A stretch of 64,000 nucleotides of DNA from a virus (taxonomy: Duplodnaviria > Caudoviricetes): the IMG/VR virus record IMGVR_UViG_3300035498_000745, positions 25,799-89,798 of that record; one strand, 5' to 3'. The first letter of the stretch is position 1. The number at the start of each line of letters is the position of its first letter. Below are positions 43,596 to 53,425 of the stretch, piece by piece. A program made the position numbers and the translations under genes. A model generated the notes under the pieces. That model had not been told where the DNA came from, searched no databases, and saw only the letters and a program-made list of their open reading frames with translations.

Positions 43596-45837
43596 CTTTT
43601 TTCACCTCTTTGCACATAACAAGATTAACCATAGGTTTGTCATTAGGTCTCTGCCTAGCTATATTATACTTAGATTCAAGCTCATCAAAATGACCCATAA
43701 CATCACGGATATTTGTCTTATAATGATGATCTTTATTTGGTACAGTTTTGCACATAACCAACTTAACCATCTGCTTCTTGACCTTTGGAACTTTCCTGAA
43801 TACTAATTCAAGTCCCATAGTCTTAAGCAAAGCATTGATAATCTCAGCATTTCTATTTTTAGAATTCTTATCCAATTTAATATCAATATGGTAAGGATCT
43901 CCAATTAATAACTGCTCGAATAATCTTCTTGCCTGTGGAGAACTAGAATATAACATGAGATTCATTACTACATACTGCATACCAACATGTACTTCATCAC
44001 AGCACTCCATTGCACCAAACATGATAGGAGTCTTTGTATATTTAGCTTCATACATTTTGTTGGCTTTGGATCTAGTATTAAGATTTTTTAAGTTGGTTGC
44101 TGCAAGAGATGTTACTGAAAATTTCTCCTCAGCATACTGCTTTAATCTATAATTATAGATCTGACCAGCTACCAGTCTTCTTCTGGTTTCGACATATCTT
44201 ACATTTCCATTAGAATCCGTTAAAGGTATTACTACCTTATATGGTCTAATGAATGGGAACTTCTTATATATTTCAGCTATAGTATCTATATTTACCGGCG
44301 TAGTAAACGCTGGTGTACTTAGAATAATCCTATCATCTTCAAACAGCATGTCTATAAACATCTTAGCCTGATTTTCATCATAATAGTCTATTCCACTTAA
44401 CTCAAATATAGCTAAGTCTTTATCCACTACAGATACAAAATCATACCAAATCTTACACATTTCTGAATATGTGCATACATGCATTCTGAAATAATCAATA
44501 ATTCTAGAACCAATAAAAGATAATGACTGCTCATGCAACTGACCAATGTTCTCTCTATTGATACATGTAGATTGATTTTTGATACATTCTACATGTTTAC
44601 CATTATCCAGAAGAGGCATCATTTCATCTGGTAAAATCTGAGATACTACTCCCTTGCCACCATGCCTATCAGCAAGCTTATCTCCAGGGTTCATAGGAAG
44701 TTTCTCTATTATGGTTACCTGCATAACTACATTGTTGAAATCATTATTCTTATAGAAGCGCTTACCATTAGCTATATCTCTGCATACTGAATATAATTTC
44801 TCTAACTGGTATGTCATTTTGCCGTTCATTGCTATCGGACCAATCTTAGCATTTACTTCTTCGGCAAAACGTTTCTTCTCTTTATAATAATAATACAACT
44901 GCTGGTTATAGTATGAATCGGCTAAAGCTTCAGGATTATTACATGCTACGTCTATATCTGCAACAATACCTTCAAATAAGATATTTCTATCAGATATCAT
45001 GCTCTCCCTTAATCTAGCCTGAGATAATGTATATAATACTGTATCATTTTCAATACGTCTAATGGAACAGAATATTCCATCAACAATCTCCTCTCCAATG
45101 TCAGGAAATGTCTTATACACATTATTATCTCCATACTTGTTTAAGAGTACATCATTATCATTAATTGCTATATCTGTAGTTTTCAATAATGATGTCTCAA
45201 GCTTTTTTGCTCCTGTCTCTGATAAGATAACAGAGTCTTCCATGTTCTGAGCGCAACTCAAATACATGGTTAACAAATTAACACCATTCATCTTATTACC
45301 ATACTCATCAAATCCGGTACTGGTTTTGATAATATCGTTTTCAGATATCCTATCTCCTTCAGCAAGACTATCAATAACTGAGTTATTCCAAAGATAGCCA
45401 TAACTTTCTGTATTATGATGATAGCTTACTCTCTCTATAACATCATATACACCAGTATCAATATTCTGGATGATAAGATAATAATGATGATTTGGTTTAA
45501 ATGAGAATTTATCAATCTTATATACAACTCTATAGTTAGCAGATGATGTATTATAAGATGATGAATTCTCTCCAAACTGGTTCTCATATCCAGTTTGTAT
45601 AGTTGCTACTTCTGCATGTGTAGGAACTAGAAAGTGTTCTGAGTGTATAGAACTCATTAAGGCTCTAGAGCCAGAATTTGCTGGCTTGAACGGTTGCATT
45701 AACGTTCTTCCAAGCAGCTTGTTGTAATCATCCAATCCAGCGATTGAATTTTCAATTTGTTTTTCAATATCGAAACTTGCCACTTTATTATTCCTCCTTG
45801 TAATATTTGTACGAGTAGAACAATAAGTTCTACTCAT
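43582..45837 (-). CDS. Phage RNA polymerase beta C-terminal subunit (non-virion type)
   Basis: NSGSRALM, NMEDSVILSE, GDKLADRHGGKGVVS, RENIGQ and FGAME. Confidence 0.92.
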   Translation of the reverse strand: MSRTYCSTRTNITRRNNKVASFDIEKQIENSIAGLDDYNKLLGRTLMQPFKPANSGSRALMSSIHSEHFLVPTHAEVATIQTGYENQFGENSSSYNTSSANYRVVYKIDKFSFKPNHHYYLIIQNIDTGVYDVIERVSYHHNTESYGYLWNNSVIDSLAEGDRISENDIIKTSTGFDEYGNKMNGVNLLTMYLSCAQNMEDSVILSETGAKKLETSLLKTTDIAINDNDVLLNKYGDNNVYKTFPDIGEEIVDGIFCSIRRIENDTVLYTLSQARLRESMISDRNILFEGIVADIDVACNNPEALADSYYNQQLYYYYKEKKRFAEEVNAKIGPIAMNGKMTYQLEKLYSVCRDIANGKRFYKNNDFNNVVMQVTIIEKLPMNPGDKLADRHGGKGVVSQILPDEMMPLLDNGKHVECIKNQSTCINRENIGQLHEQSLSFIGSRIIDYFRMHVCTYSEMCKIWYDFVSVVDKDLAIFELSGIDYYDENQAKMFIDMLFEDDRIILSTPAFTTPVNIDTIAEIYKKFPFIRPYKVVIPLTDSNGNVRYVETRRRLVAGQIYNYRLKQYAEEKFSVTSLAATNLKNLNTRSKANKMYEAKYTKTPIMFGAMECCDEVHVGMQYVVMNLMLYSSSPQARRLFEQLLIGDPYHIDIKLDKNSKNRNAEIINALLKTMGLELVFRKVPKVKKQMVKLVMCKTVPNKDHHYKTNIRDVMGHFDELESKYNIARQRPNDKPMVNLVMCKEVKKDDRS

Positions 45838-45857
45838 ACTAAATATATAATATATAA

Positions 45858-46061
45858 TTATTCTATAATTTTACACATGTGTTTATGCTCTTTGCATTTC
45901 TTATTAATGTATTCATCAATACTCTTTGTAGGAATCTTCCATACTGTACCAATTTTAAAGGCATCAATTTCACCACTAGTAAGTAAGGAGTAAGCTGTAT
46001 TTTTTCCAATACCAAGTGCAGCACACAAATCTTCTATTTCAATTACTGCTTTATTAGCCAT
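45858..46061 (-). CDS. Excisionase/MerR-like (HTH_17) DNA-binding protein, 67 aa
   Basis: IEDLCAALGIGKNTAYSLLTSGEIDAFKIGTVWKIP; start reassigned to MANKAV (RBS upstream, overlaps the previous stop). Confidence 0.85.
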   Translation of the reverse strand: MANKAVIEIEDLCAALGIGKNTAYSLLTSGEIDAFKIGTVWKIPTKSIDEYINKKCKEHKHMCKIIE

Positions 46062-46248
46062 CACCATCAACTCCTTCATCATCAGTGGTATCATCATCAT
46101 TTGTTTTATCTTTATGCTTATAATTTTCAATAAATAAAATAGCGAAAAATATAATCCACCATTTATTAAAAAAAAGTGCCAACCCAGCAAAGCATAATAA
46201 TACACAAAGATTATAAATTACTGTAAGCGTAAATAAATTTTTATTCAT
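46054..46248 (-). CDS. Small membrane protein with acidic tail
   Basis: 64 aa, two hydrophobic segments, overlaps both neighbours. Confidence 0.65.
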   Translation of the reverse strand: MNKNLFTLTVIYNLCVLLCFAGLALFFNKWWIIFFAILFIENYKHKDKTNDDDTTDDEGVDGDG

Positions 46249-46580
46249 AGCTTAATACCATCTCCATTCATACTATACATAATAGAATCAATAATATCAG
46301 TTGTTAATTTATTCATTAAATGCTTAAATTTAATTTTTCCATATTCATGAACTTCTGTACCATCAATATCAGCTGTGAGCTTAATCATAATATCAGACTT
46401 GTTCATAATATCCTCTTCTGTTAAAGCAAAAGATGTATCAACATCAAATTCTTCCGGTTCAATTTTAAGAAAATCATTATTTGGATTTTCTATTTCTCTT
46501 TTGGCTCTATCTTTAGATAAATATACTCCTGCTACTGACGGTCTCATTTCGTTTGTATAACAAATATATACCTTAGCCAT
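46245..46580 (-). CDS. Hypothetical protein
   Basis: 111 aa, AAGGAG RBS. Confidence 0.75.
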   Translation of the reverse strand: MAKVYICYTNEMRPSVAGVYLSKDRAKREIENPNNDFLKIEPEEFDVDTSFALTEEDIMNKSDIMIKLTADIDGTEVHEYGKIKFKHLMNKLTTDIIDSIMYSMNGDGIKL

Positions 46581-46596
46581 TATAAGATCTCCTTTC

Positions 46597-47835
46597 TTAT
46601 AGTACTACATTATTATTTATCTGTGATAAAATAGCCTCATATGGAGACATTGCTGATATCTTTGATTGCTGTTCCTCTTTGATCTTTTTAAATTCATCCA
46701 TAAGAATATATGTGAGATAATCATAACACGTTTTAACAAACGCATTATAAAATTCTTTATCCGAATATAAAATATTCTTAAACTGTTTTAAAGAAAACTT
46801 GGTATCACATCCTGGCAATCTTAAATATGCTCCAGAACCTTCTAATAAGTTTTTAGATTTAAGCATCCATATTAAACTTAAATCAGAATCATAACCAATA
46901 TCCTGATTAAATACTAATTCGCATCTAGCTCTGCTAGTCTTATTGGTTCTTGATTTTACAATATCAATATTAACTACAGAACCTGTTATATCAAATCCTT
47001 CACCCTGTTTAAGTTTTGACTTAATATCTAATCTAAAGATATTATTCTGAATATACGTAAGAGATTTACCACCAGAGATATGCTCTCCTTCTTTTAGATA
47101 TGCAAGCTCTGGTTTCTGATGGAAGATTCCTGTATTAATAGATGTGGTAATATGATTGATAAGAATCATAATGATATTAGCTTGTCTGCATAATGGAACC
47201 ATTCTTGTATAATACTCAGAATTAGCTTTAGCGTTAGTAGCACCTTCCATATTATTTGATTGATCATTCTCAGCATTACTCTCTGACATAACCATTTTTA
47301 CAGAATCTACTATTACTACAGTTGGCTGAAACTTATATACTGGCTTACCTTTAAAATCTATTATTCCTGTATCGTACATTAGCTCATCTTTATGAGCCAT
47401 TTTTAAATCATAGATCATTTTAACTCGTCTAAATACTGATTGAGTTGTAATGCCAGCATCCCTTACTTTAAATCTTCTAACGAATTCCTCATCTGAGAAT
47501 CCTGATAGATTTTTAATACGCTGAATATTGGTTCCTACTTCTGCCTGTTCATAAAAGATAGCCCCTTCAGGGAAAGGCTTAATAATATTACAAGCAGACT
47601 GACATGCAAGAGTGGTTTTACCAAGACCAGAATCAGATATCATCATATTAATGCTTCCATCTGATAAACCTAACTCAAACTTTTTAACTCCATTAATCTC
47701 CTGAATATATCCATTAGCAAAATCAAGATTTAAAAATCCGGTAGGATAAGAAACAGAGTAGGTCATTTCTGAAGCTTGTGTTAAATCCTTAGTATTTTTT
47801 ACCTGTTCATTAAATGCCTGCATCAGTATTCCCAT
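46597..47835 (-). CDS. RecA/UvsX-like recombinase
   Basis: YPTGFLNLD, Walker A SDSGLGKT, Walker B VIVDS, ILINH, SGGKSL and KSR. Confidence 0.9.
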   Translation of the reverse strand: MGILMQAFNEQVKNTKDLTQASEMTYSVSYPTGFLNLDFANGYIQEINGVKKFELGLSDGSINMMISDSGLGKTTLACQSACNIIKPFPEGAIFYEQAEVGTNIQRIKNLSGFSDEEFVRRFKVRDAGITTQSVFRRVKMIYDLKMAHKDELMYDTGIIDFKGKPVYKFQPTVVIVDSVKMVMSESNAENDQSNNMEGATNAKANSEYYTRMVPLCRQANIIMILINHITTSINTGIFHQKPELAYLKEGEHISGGKSLTYIQNNIFRLDIKSKLKQGEGFDITGSVVNIDIVKSRTNKTSRARCELVFNQDIGYDSDLSLIWMLKSKNLLEGSGAYLRLPGCDTKFSLKQFKNILYSDKEFYNAFVKTCYDYLTYILMDEFKKIKEEQQSKISAMSPYEAILSQINNNVVL

Positions 47836-47846
47836 AATAATCCTCC

Positions 47847-48206
47847 TTATTTATCATATGTGCCAAGTACACCGCGTTCGTAACGATCCATATTTCTTTT
47901 GTTAAGAGACTGTAACGCAAGCTCAGTATATCTAAGAGCATCTGCACTATCTTCTGTAGCAAACTCACTAGACTGAAATCCCTGTAACTGATTTCTTGCA
48001 ATCTCAAGAAGATCTACTAATAAAACTCCATGTCTAGATTCTGGATCTTTTCTCGGTCCTTTCTGAATCTGAATTACTGCCTGAAAATCTCCACCATTTG
48101 CATCTTTTACCAAATATTCATGATGCGCATTTCCAGGTCCCTTATCATCAATTGCAAAAATCTCATTTAAGTTTGATACCTTCTGTATTGTATCTAATTT
48201 TTCCAT
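47847..48206 (-). CDS. tad1: Tad1-family anti-Thoeris/anti-CBASS signal-sponge protein
   Basis: End-to-end resemblance to Clostridium Tad1 as recalled: TIQK..LN, GPG.A.HEY, QKG.RK, HGV...DLLEI, FQ, R..DR.ER.VLGT. Confidence 0.85.
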   Translation of the reverse strand: MEKLDTIQKVSNLNEIFAIDDKGPGNAHHEYLVKDANGGDFQAVIQIQKGPRKDPESRHGVLLVDLLEIARNQLQGFQSSEFATEDSADALRYTELALQSLNKRNMDRYERGVLGTYDK

Positions 48207-48356
48207 ATTATTATCCTCCTATTAAAGTGGTATTCTATTACAAAAATGTAGTAATAGTATTATTTTTCTACAACTTAATGTAATTTAATTTAACAAAAAA
48301 TAATTACGAAATAAAGCAATATAAATCTGGTAGGCTAAATGCCTACCAGATCTAAT

Positions 48357-49271
48357 TTATGGTACAATAATCCCCTCATTCTTTAATCCAATAATGACAT
48401 TCTTTATTCTGTAATAGTCATCACTTAAGTTATTCATGGAAAATCTTTTTGGTTTTGGCATCATAGCCATACCTTCAGAATAATTAATTAAAACTTTTCT
48501 AATTATTTCTGTAGGAAGGTAGTCTAATATATCTAATGCAGCTAATGATATTGCCCAATCTATCTCTTCAATATCATCAGTAACCCATCTACTTGATGGA
48601 TCATCTTCTCTTCTCACCGGTATGACATCAACCATAATTGTTGGAAATACTCTTATCCAATCTTCCATCACATTAAAGAGAACCCTAAAGATCTCAATTA
48701 TCATCTTTTTAGACATTACTTCCACTGGCTGTATTGTCATGATGAAGTCAACTCTTTTAGTAACTACTTCAATGCTCGTGTTTGAGTATCTGGCAATTAA
48801 TAAAGATATAGCTGCACTATCTGATAATCCTAATCCAAGTAATCTAGGCATCTTCGCTCTATCTACTATATTAGCAATGATAGTCATCTTATCTGCCACT
48901 TTAGGATCTCTCTTACTTCTATCGTATGTCAGATAGTCATAACAGATGTTGTTGAGTCGAATAGTCTCATCATTGTCAAAATACTTCCTTTCAGAAATAA
49001 TATCTATAAATGCATCAAGAAAATTTGTATTCTGGAAGCATCTAAGATATTTATCGGAATCTCCATTAAATACACCATTAAGAATGCTGTAATAATTAAT
49101 ACTTATATATCTACGTAACTCTGCACTATCCATATCTGGAACACTGTCAATGCCACGTACAAGCATGGTTTCATCAAATGCCGGTCTATTCATTGGTAAT
49201 ATTTTTACCATTGAATTTTTTCTTTCTTCATCATATTGGAAAGCTTCCTTCCAATAATTATCAAACGACAT
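48357..49271 (-). CDS. Hypothetical helical protein downstream of the tubulin gene
   Basis: 304-aa ORF followed by a terminator hairpin (~48326..48351). Confidence 0.8.
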   Translation of the reverse strand: MSFDNYWKEAFQYDEERKNSMVKILPMNRPAFDETMLVRGIDSVPDMDSAELRRYISINYYSILNGVFNGDSDKYLRCFQNTNFLDAFIDIISERKYFDNDETIRLNNICYDYLTYDRSKRDPKVADKMTIIANIVDRAKMPRLLGLGLSDSAAISLLIARYSNTSIEVVTKRVDFIMTIQPVEVMSKKMIIEIFRVLFNVMEDWIRVFPTIMVDVIPVRREDDPSSRWVTDDIEEIDWAISLAALDILDYLPTEIIRKVLINYSEGMAMMPKPKRFSMNNLSDDYYRIKNVIIGLKNEGIIVP

Positions 49272-49292
49272 ATTATCTACCCGCCTTTCTTA

Positions 49293-50468
49293 TTAGTATT
49301 CTTCATCACCAGGATTAGACTTCTGAACAACATTATTGATCTTCTGCTGTTTTGATTTTGCACCAACCAACTTAGCAAACATTGCTGCTGCATTATCATT
49401 TCTCTGACGAATATCAAAGTCTTCTTCATCATCCATATCAATTTCTGAGAAGATATCATCCATTGATTTGGTGCTCTTGTTAATATTCTGCTTAAGCTCT
49501 GCATACTTTTTGCTAATATCAACAATACCCTTCTCAGGGAAATTCATACCTGATACAATGATATCCATATACTCATCACTATCGTTAGGATCGCACTGAA
49601 TATGGCGGAATGTATCAATCGGTTCTCCAGTATATCTCTTAATTACTTCAAGCCTGCTATCAATAGCTTCACGCACTCTATCTGATGCATTAACAATGAT
49701 AGCTAATCTCTTACACCCACGCTCATACTCTAAACAATGACCATTATCAAATTCCTTAATAATGGCATCATTAAATGTATCTAAGTTCTTCACGCCGGTA
49801 AGAGATACATGTTTGATATCTTCATACCCTGATGTTGCTGTAACTTTATACATATCAGTGTTATCCATATTCTGAGAACACGGAATCATTTTAGAGCCTA
49901 TAATAACTCTAACCTGCTCTGCAAATTCTGCATTTGCTGCACGTTCTGCTTTCTCGAAATTCCCTGTATAATCAAGAAACTGATCGTTCATGATTGTATG
50001 GAGAATAACGTTATCGCTAAGATTCTTAAAGAATTTAAGAGTATTATTTAATCCTCTTGAATCATCCTGGAATCCTATCAGTGCAAATACATGCACTGGT
50101 ATATTCATAGTTTCAAAAAACTTTGCTAATACAGGAGTAGCACCGCATCCAGTACCACCTTCAGTAGAAGAAACTAAGATAATCTCTTCACAATCTTCTG
50201 TGATCATTTCTTCAAGATTAATCTTATTTTCCAGTATAGCTTCAGTCATTGCTTTAGATCCCTTATTTGGTTCCTTACCGCATCCATCAAGAGAACTAGA
50301 ACCAAACTGAACTACTAAGTTTTTACCCTGCTTATACTTATCAGGGATATCTTTTGTAGTTGTATTGACGAGTTTAACTCTTTCCTCGTCCAAGTACCCT
50401 TTTTCAAGTACTTCGACTGCCGCTTTATTGCCGGCAGCTCCTACACCAAATAAATTTACATTGATCAT
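49293..50468 (-). CDS. Tubulin/FtsZ-family GTPase (TubZ/PhuZ-like)
   Basis: GVGAAGNK, GCGK, signature GGTGCG, T7-like MDNTD; coiled and acidic C-terminal tail. Confidence 0.88.
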   Translation of the reverse strand: MINVNLFGVGAAGNKAAVEVLEKGYLDEERVKLVNTTTKDIPDKYKQGKNLVVQFGSSSLDGCGKEPNKGSKAMTEAILENKINLEEMITEDCEEIILVSSTEGGTGCGATPVLAKFFETMNIPVHVFALIGFQDDSRGLNNTLKFFKNLSDNVILHTIMNDQFLDYTGNFEKAERAANAEFAEQVRVIIGSKMIPCSQNMDNTDMYKVTATSGYEDIKHVSLTGVKNLDTFNDAIIKEFDNGHCLEYERGCKRLAIIVNASDRVREAIDSRLEVIKRYTGEPIDTFRHIQCDPNDSDEYMDIIVSGMNFPEKGIVDISKKYAELKQNINKSTKSMDDIFSEIDMDDEEDFDIRQRNDNAAAMFAKLVGAKSKQQKINNVVQKSNPGDEEY

Positions 50469-50487
50469 TACTATTCTTCCTCCTATC

Positions 50488-51441
50488 TTAATAAGATCTA
50501 AGTTGCTTGTAGCATTTATTCATATTGTAAACGATGTTATTAATCCATACATCCTTAGATGATGAATACATCTTTTTACCATAAATAAAATCATAAAGTG
50601 TAGTTTGACCTTCTTCATAATAGTGCTCATTTATCCATATGGCTCCCTGCACTATTCCTTCAGCAAAATCTGTTCCCATAACGTAACCAAGTTCAACATG
50701 GTCATCCAGCATATGTATAGAATAAGGATTGCTCTTTCTATAATGAAGATCAGATACTGACCATCCTGCTTCCTGAGCAGTAAGGCATAATAAGAAAATT
50801 GGATTTAATCCAGTTTCCTGTGAAGCTTTAATATATGCTTCACCCATTCCAGCAAGCTTACTATTTCTACCTACTGTATTTTTATCTATAAGATAATCCA
50901 TTTCATCAATGGTTACATCTGTAATATTTTGAAGATCCATATACTTAGTAAAGTATCCTTCATATGTTTCAGAACTACAAGCATATGCTGTTACTGCATC
51001 AATGGCTGCTTGTCTTTCTTCTTCCTCTCTCTGTTTCCTCAGTTTCTCTAACTCTACTTCAGTCAGTTGATTTATTAATGCATCATTAACTGCTGAAGAA
51101 CCAACTATGTCTATATCATTCTCTACAACAGATACCTCTGTGTAGCTATAGATATTTTCTTTTAATGTAATATAACTAGTATCGAATTCTCCAATATTTA
51201 CTTCATACATCATTTCGCTGACATACTTACCAATACCTGCTGTCGGAGATACTGTAGATGTAACTGTATTGATAGTATACGAAGTCATTACTTCTCCTTC
51301 AACTGTCTCTGTTGCTTCTGTTAAGTTCATGACTCCATCATTCTTTAGGATATTATTATCAAGAGTCATTATCAATGTCATAACTGGTAACAATGCCACT
51401 AAAACAAAGATTAGTGCCATAATTTTACTGTTTTTGCGCAT
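50488..51441 (-). CDS. Membrane-anchored GH73 glucosaminidase-like peptidoglycan hydrolase
   Basis: N-terminal hydrophobic anchor; AYIKASQETGLNPIFLLCLTAQEAGW, NPYSI and YSSSKDVW motifs. Confidence 0.8.
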   Translation of the reverse strand: MRKNSKIMALIFVLVALLPVMTLIMTLDNNILKNDGVMNLTEATETVEGEVMTSYTINTVTSTVSPTAGIGKYVSEMMYEVNIGEFDTSYITLKENIYSYTEVSVVENDIDIVGSSAVNDALINQLTEVELEKLRKQREEEERQAAIDAVTAYACSSETYEGYFTKYMDLQNITDVTIDEMDYLIDKNTVGRNSKLAGMGEAYIKASQETGLNPIFLLCLTAQEAGWSVSDLHYRKSNPYSIHMLDDHVELGYVMGTDFAEGIVQGAIWINEHYYEEGQTTLYDFIYGKKMYSSSKDVWINNIVYNMNKCYKQLRSY

Positions 51442-51521
51442 CTTATTTGCCTCCTTTGTCGATTAATTCGACCTCATATAGTGTGTATTTGTGTAGTTGT
51501 ATATGCTTGATGTTGTTTCAA

Positions 51522-51677
51522 CTACTTATCCTGCATACGTCGTTCTTCTCTTTTCAGTTGCTGCTCGTTAATTAGTTGCTGTTTGTACTGTTCGTTCTGC
51601 TCTTCGTTTAATTCTTTAAATTTAGAATAATCTCCAAGCTCTCTAATCAGTCCATACTGTTGATTATTGTCTGACAT
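51522..51677 (-). CDS. Small 51-aa Q/E-rich protein (below the ORF-track cutoff)
   Basis: GGAGGTG RBS; MSDNNQQYGLIRELGDYSKFKELNEEQNEQYKQQLINEQQLKREERRMQDK*. Confidence 0.7.
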   Translation of the reverse strand: MSDNNQQYGLIRELGDYSKFKELNEEQNEQYKQQLINEQQLKREERRMQDK

Positions 51678-51803
51678 TTCTTTCACCTCCATTTCTTATA
51701 GTTATAGAATAATATATTAGTTTAAATAGTAACACCTAAATCTAAATCTTATTATAAAGTTCCATAACTATTTATTTTTTATTACTATTCTTTTAAAAGT
51801 AGC

Positions 51804-51833
51804 AATACCAGATGGAATTAACCATCTGGTATT
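51804..51833 (-). terminator. Intrinsic terminator hairpin
   Basis: AATACCAGATGG-loop-CCATCTGGTATT. Confidence 0.7.
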
Positions 51834-51841
51834 CCATGAAG

Positions 51842-51957
51842 AATAGTAAAGTTATATGGATATACATGATTGGCAAGATCATATACTTTACTATACAGTT
51901 TGCATAGTAATAAATATTTACCAATCATATTCACACATATCTTAACTTTTTACTATT
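51842..51957 (-). ncRNA. Candidate small RNA folding as one long bulged hairpin
   Basis: Nested inverted repeats AATAGTAAA/TTTACTATT, ATGATTGG/CCAATCAT, TTACTAT/ATAGTAA; G-U pairs only on the minus strand; lies between a TATATTAT motif and a terminator; no ORF. Confidence 0.6.
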
Positions 51958-52030
51958 TTTACCTCCTTTTTATATTTCACTATTTGGTTACGTAATTATA
52001 ATATATAATCAAATACCATTTTTCTAAAAA

Positions 52031-52753
52031 CTAATCAACACGTTCAATCTTCTTATTCTTCATTTTAATTGTATATGGCAATAAATAATCTTCACCAATA
52101 AGATTAGTATGAAGCTGTGCTCCAATAAACATTGTTGCTAGATTGGTTCTTCCAAGAGAATCATCTGGATCATCTGGTAAATCTGCTAATGATACCTGAC
52201 CAAGAGTCTTGATTGTATTATTCATCACATCTTTATCACCCATAGAATCTCCTCTAGGACGAGAGAATTCTTTTAATAAATTATCTAATCCACTAATAGT
52301 AGCAGATTCTACTTCATGATCTGAGTTCCTACCACCTTTAGAAATTCCTGTAAGCTGACCTGTTCTCATATCTCTCATACTATTATCAAAGCTAACCTTG
52401 TTCTTCTTAGTAATAATCTGCTTCATTCTCTTATCATAAGTATACACTACTAAGCATTCTTTTGATTTAACTGGATTGCCATCCTTGTCTTTATATTTAT
52501 ACGGCATATACACTTCCTCAAGAAGTGGTACTTTGATATAATCCAAAGCTTTATTAATCTGATCCATTGATGGTTCTTTGAATGCTCCAGTTTGATAAAA
52601 AAATGGAAATGGTTTACTAATATAACTCTTAAATTGTGCATCTGACATTGATGCAAATTTATCCATCCAGAATTCTTTATTTGCTTCTGACGGGTCCAAT
52701 ATATCCATTACAGCATATACCATTCGTTCAGACTCCAAACGTTCTTTATTCAT
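52031..52753 (-). CDS. Possible virion RNAP beta extreme C-terminal fragment
   Basis: KRMKQIITKK...RDMRTGQLTGISKGGRNSDHE parallels the beta C-terminal KLxHMVDDK...TQQPLGG...GGQRFGEME region. Confidence 0.55.
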   Translation of the reverse strand: MNKERLESERMVYAVMDILDPSEANKEFWMDKFASMSDAQFKSYISKPFPFFYQTGAFKEPSMDQINKALDYIKVPLLEEVYMPYKYKDKDGNPVKSKECLVVYTYDKRMKQIITKKNKVSFDNSMRDMRTGQLTGISKGGRNSDHEVESATISGLDNLLKEFSRPRGDSMGDKDVMNNTIKTLGQVSLADLPDDPDDSLGRTNLATMFIGAQLHTNLIGEDYLLPYTIKMKNKKIERVD

Positions 52754-52828
52754 AATTACACCTCCTTAATATTAATATGATGTAAAAAAATTAAATGAGT
52801 GAAGATTCAAAGAGGTGTAGGAATAATC

Positions 52829-53185
52829 CTACACCTCACCTTCAACACAACCTCCTATCAATATTACCCCCATTATCATGAGTAGTAAATCAATTCCTCC
52901 ATATGGAGAATTGTCTACCATGATTCCTCTGTATGAGAAGTATAGTATCATAATTACTCCCACGCAGATACCTATGTCGCGCAACTCTACATGCTTCTTT
53001 CTTCTACCCGGAACGTAGAATGCATTAGCATATAAGAATGCAACTAACCATAGGTCAGATATAACCCACATAATAATACAAGCTACACCATTTACAACCC
53101 CAGTCATGTACAACGATACCGTAACCGTATTAAGAATAAGCATTATCGTTGTAACCACTTTAAGCAACAAATTTTTCATTTTCAT
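52829..53185 (-). CDS. Small multi-pass membrane protein
   Basis: Four hydrophobic segments, AAGGAGG RBS. Confidence 0.75.
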   Translation of the reverse strand: MKMKNLLLKVVTTIMLILNTVTVSLYMTGVVNGVACIIMWVISDLWLVAFLYANAFYVPGRRKKHVELRDIGICVGVIMILYFSYRGIMVDNSPYGGIDLLLMIMGVILIGGCVEGEV

Positions 53186-53425
53186 ACCTATTTCCTCCTT
53201 TGTGGTTATTATACATATATATTATACAATCTAATTTGTAAATCATTTCAAACGGTGTTCTGAGTATACCAAAATTAGATAGTTGAGGATACCTATGATA
53301 ACCAAATTCAAAATATTTTAAGTATTTAGTTCAAGAGGTGTGGGTATGGTTTAAAAATCGCTAGATTTACAGATTTTCTATATTTTGACATTTTATTAAA
53401 TTATATATGATAGGAGGTTATTGAT

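Noticed and set aside
46062-46205. N-terminal extension of the 115-aa ORF 45858..46205
   Set aside because: Overlaps the 64-aa membrane-protein gene in another frame; the RBS and HTH domain point to a start at 46061.
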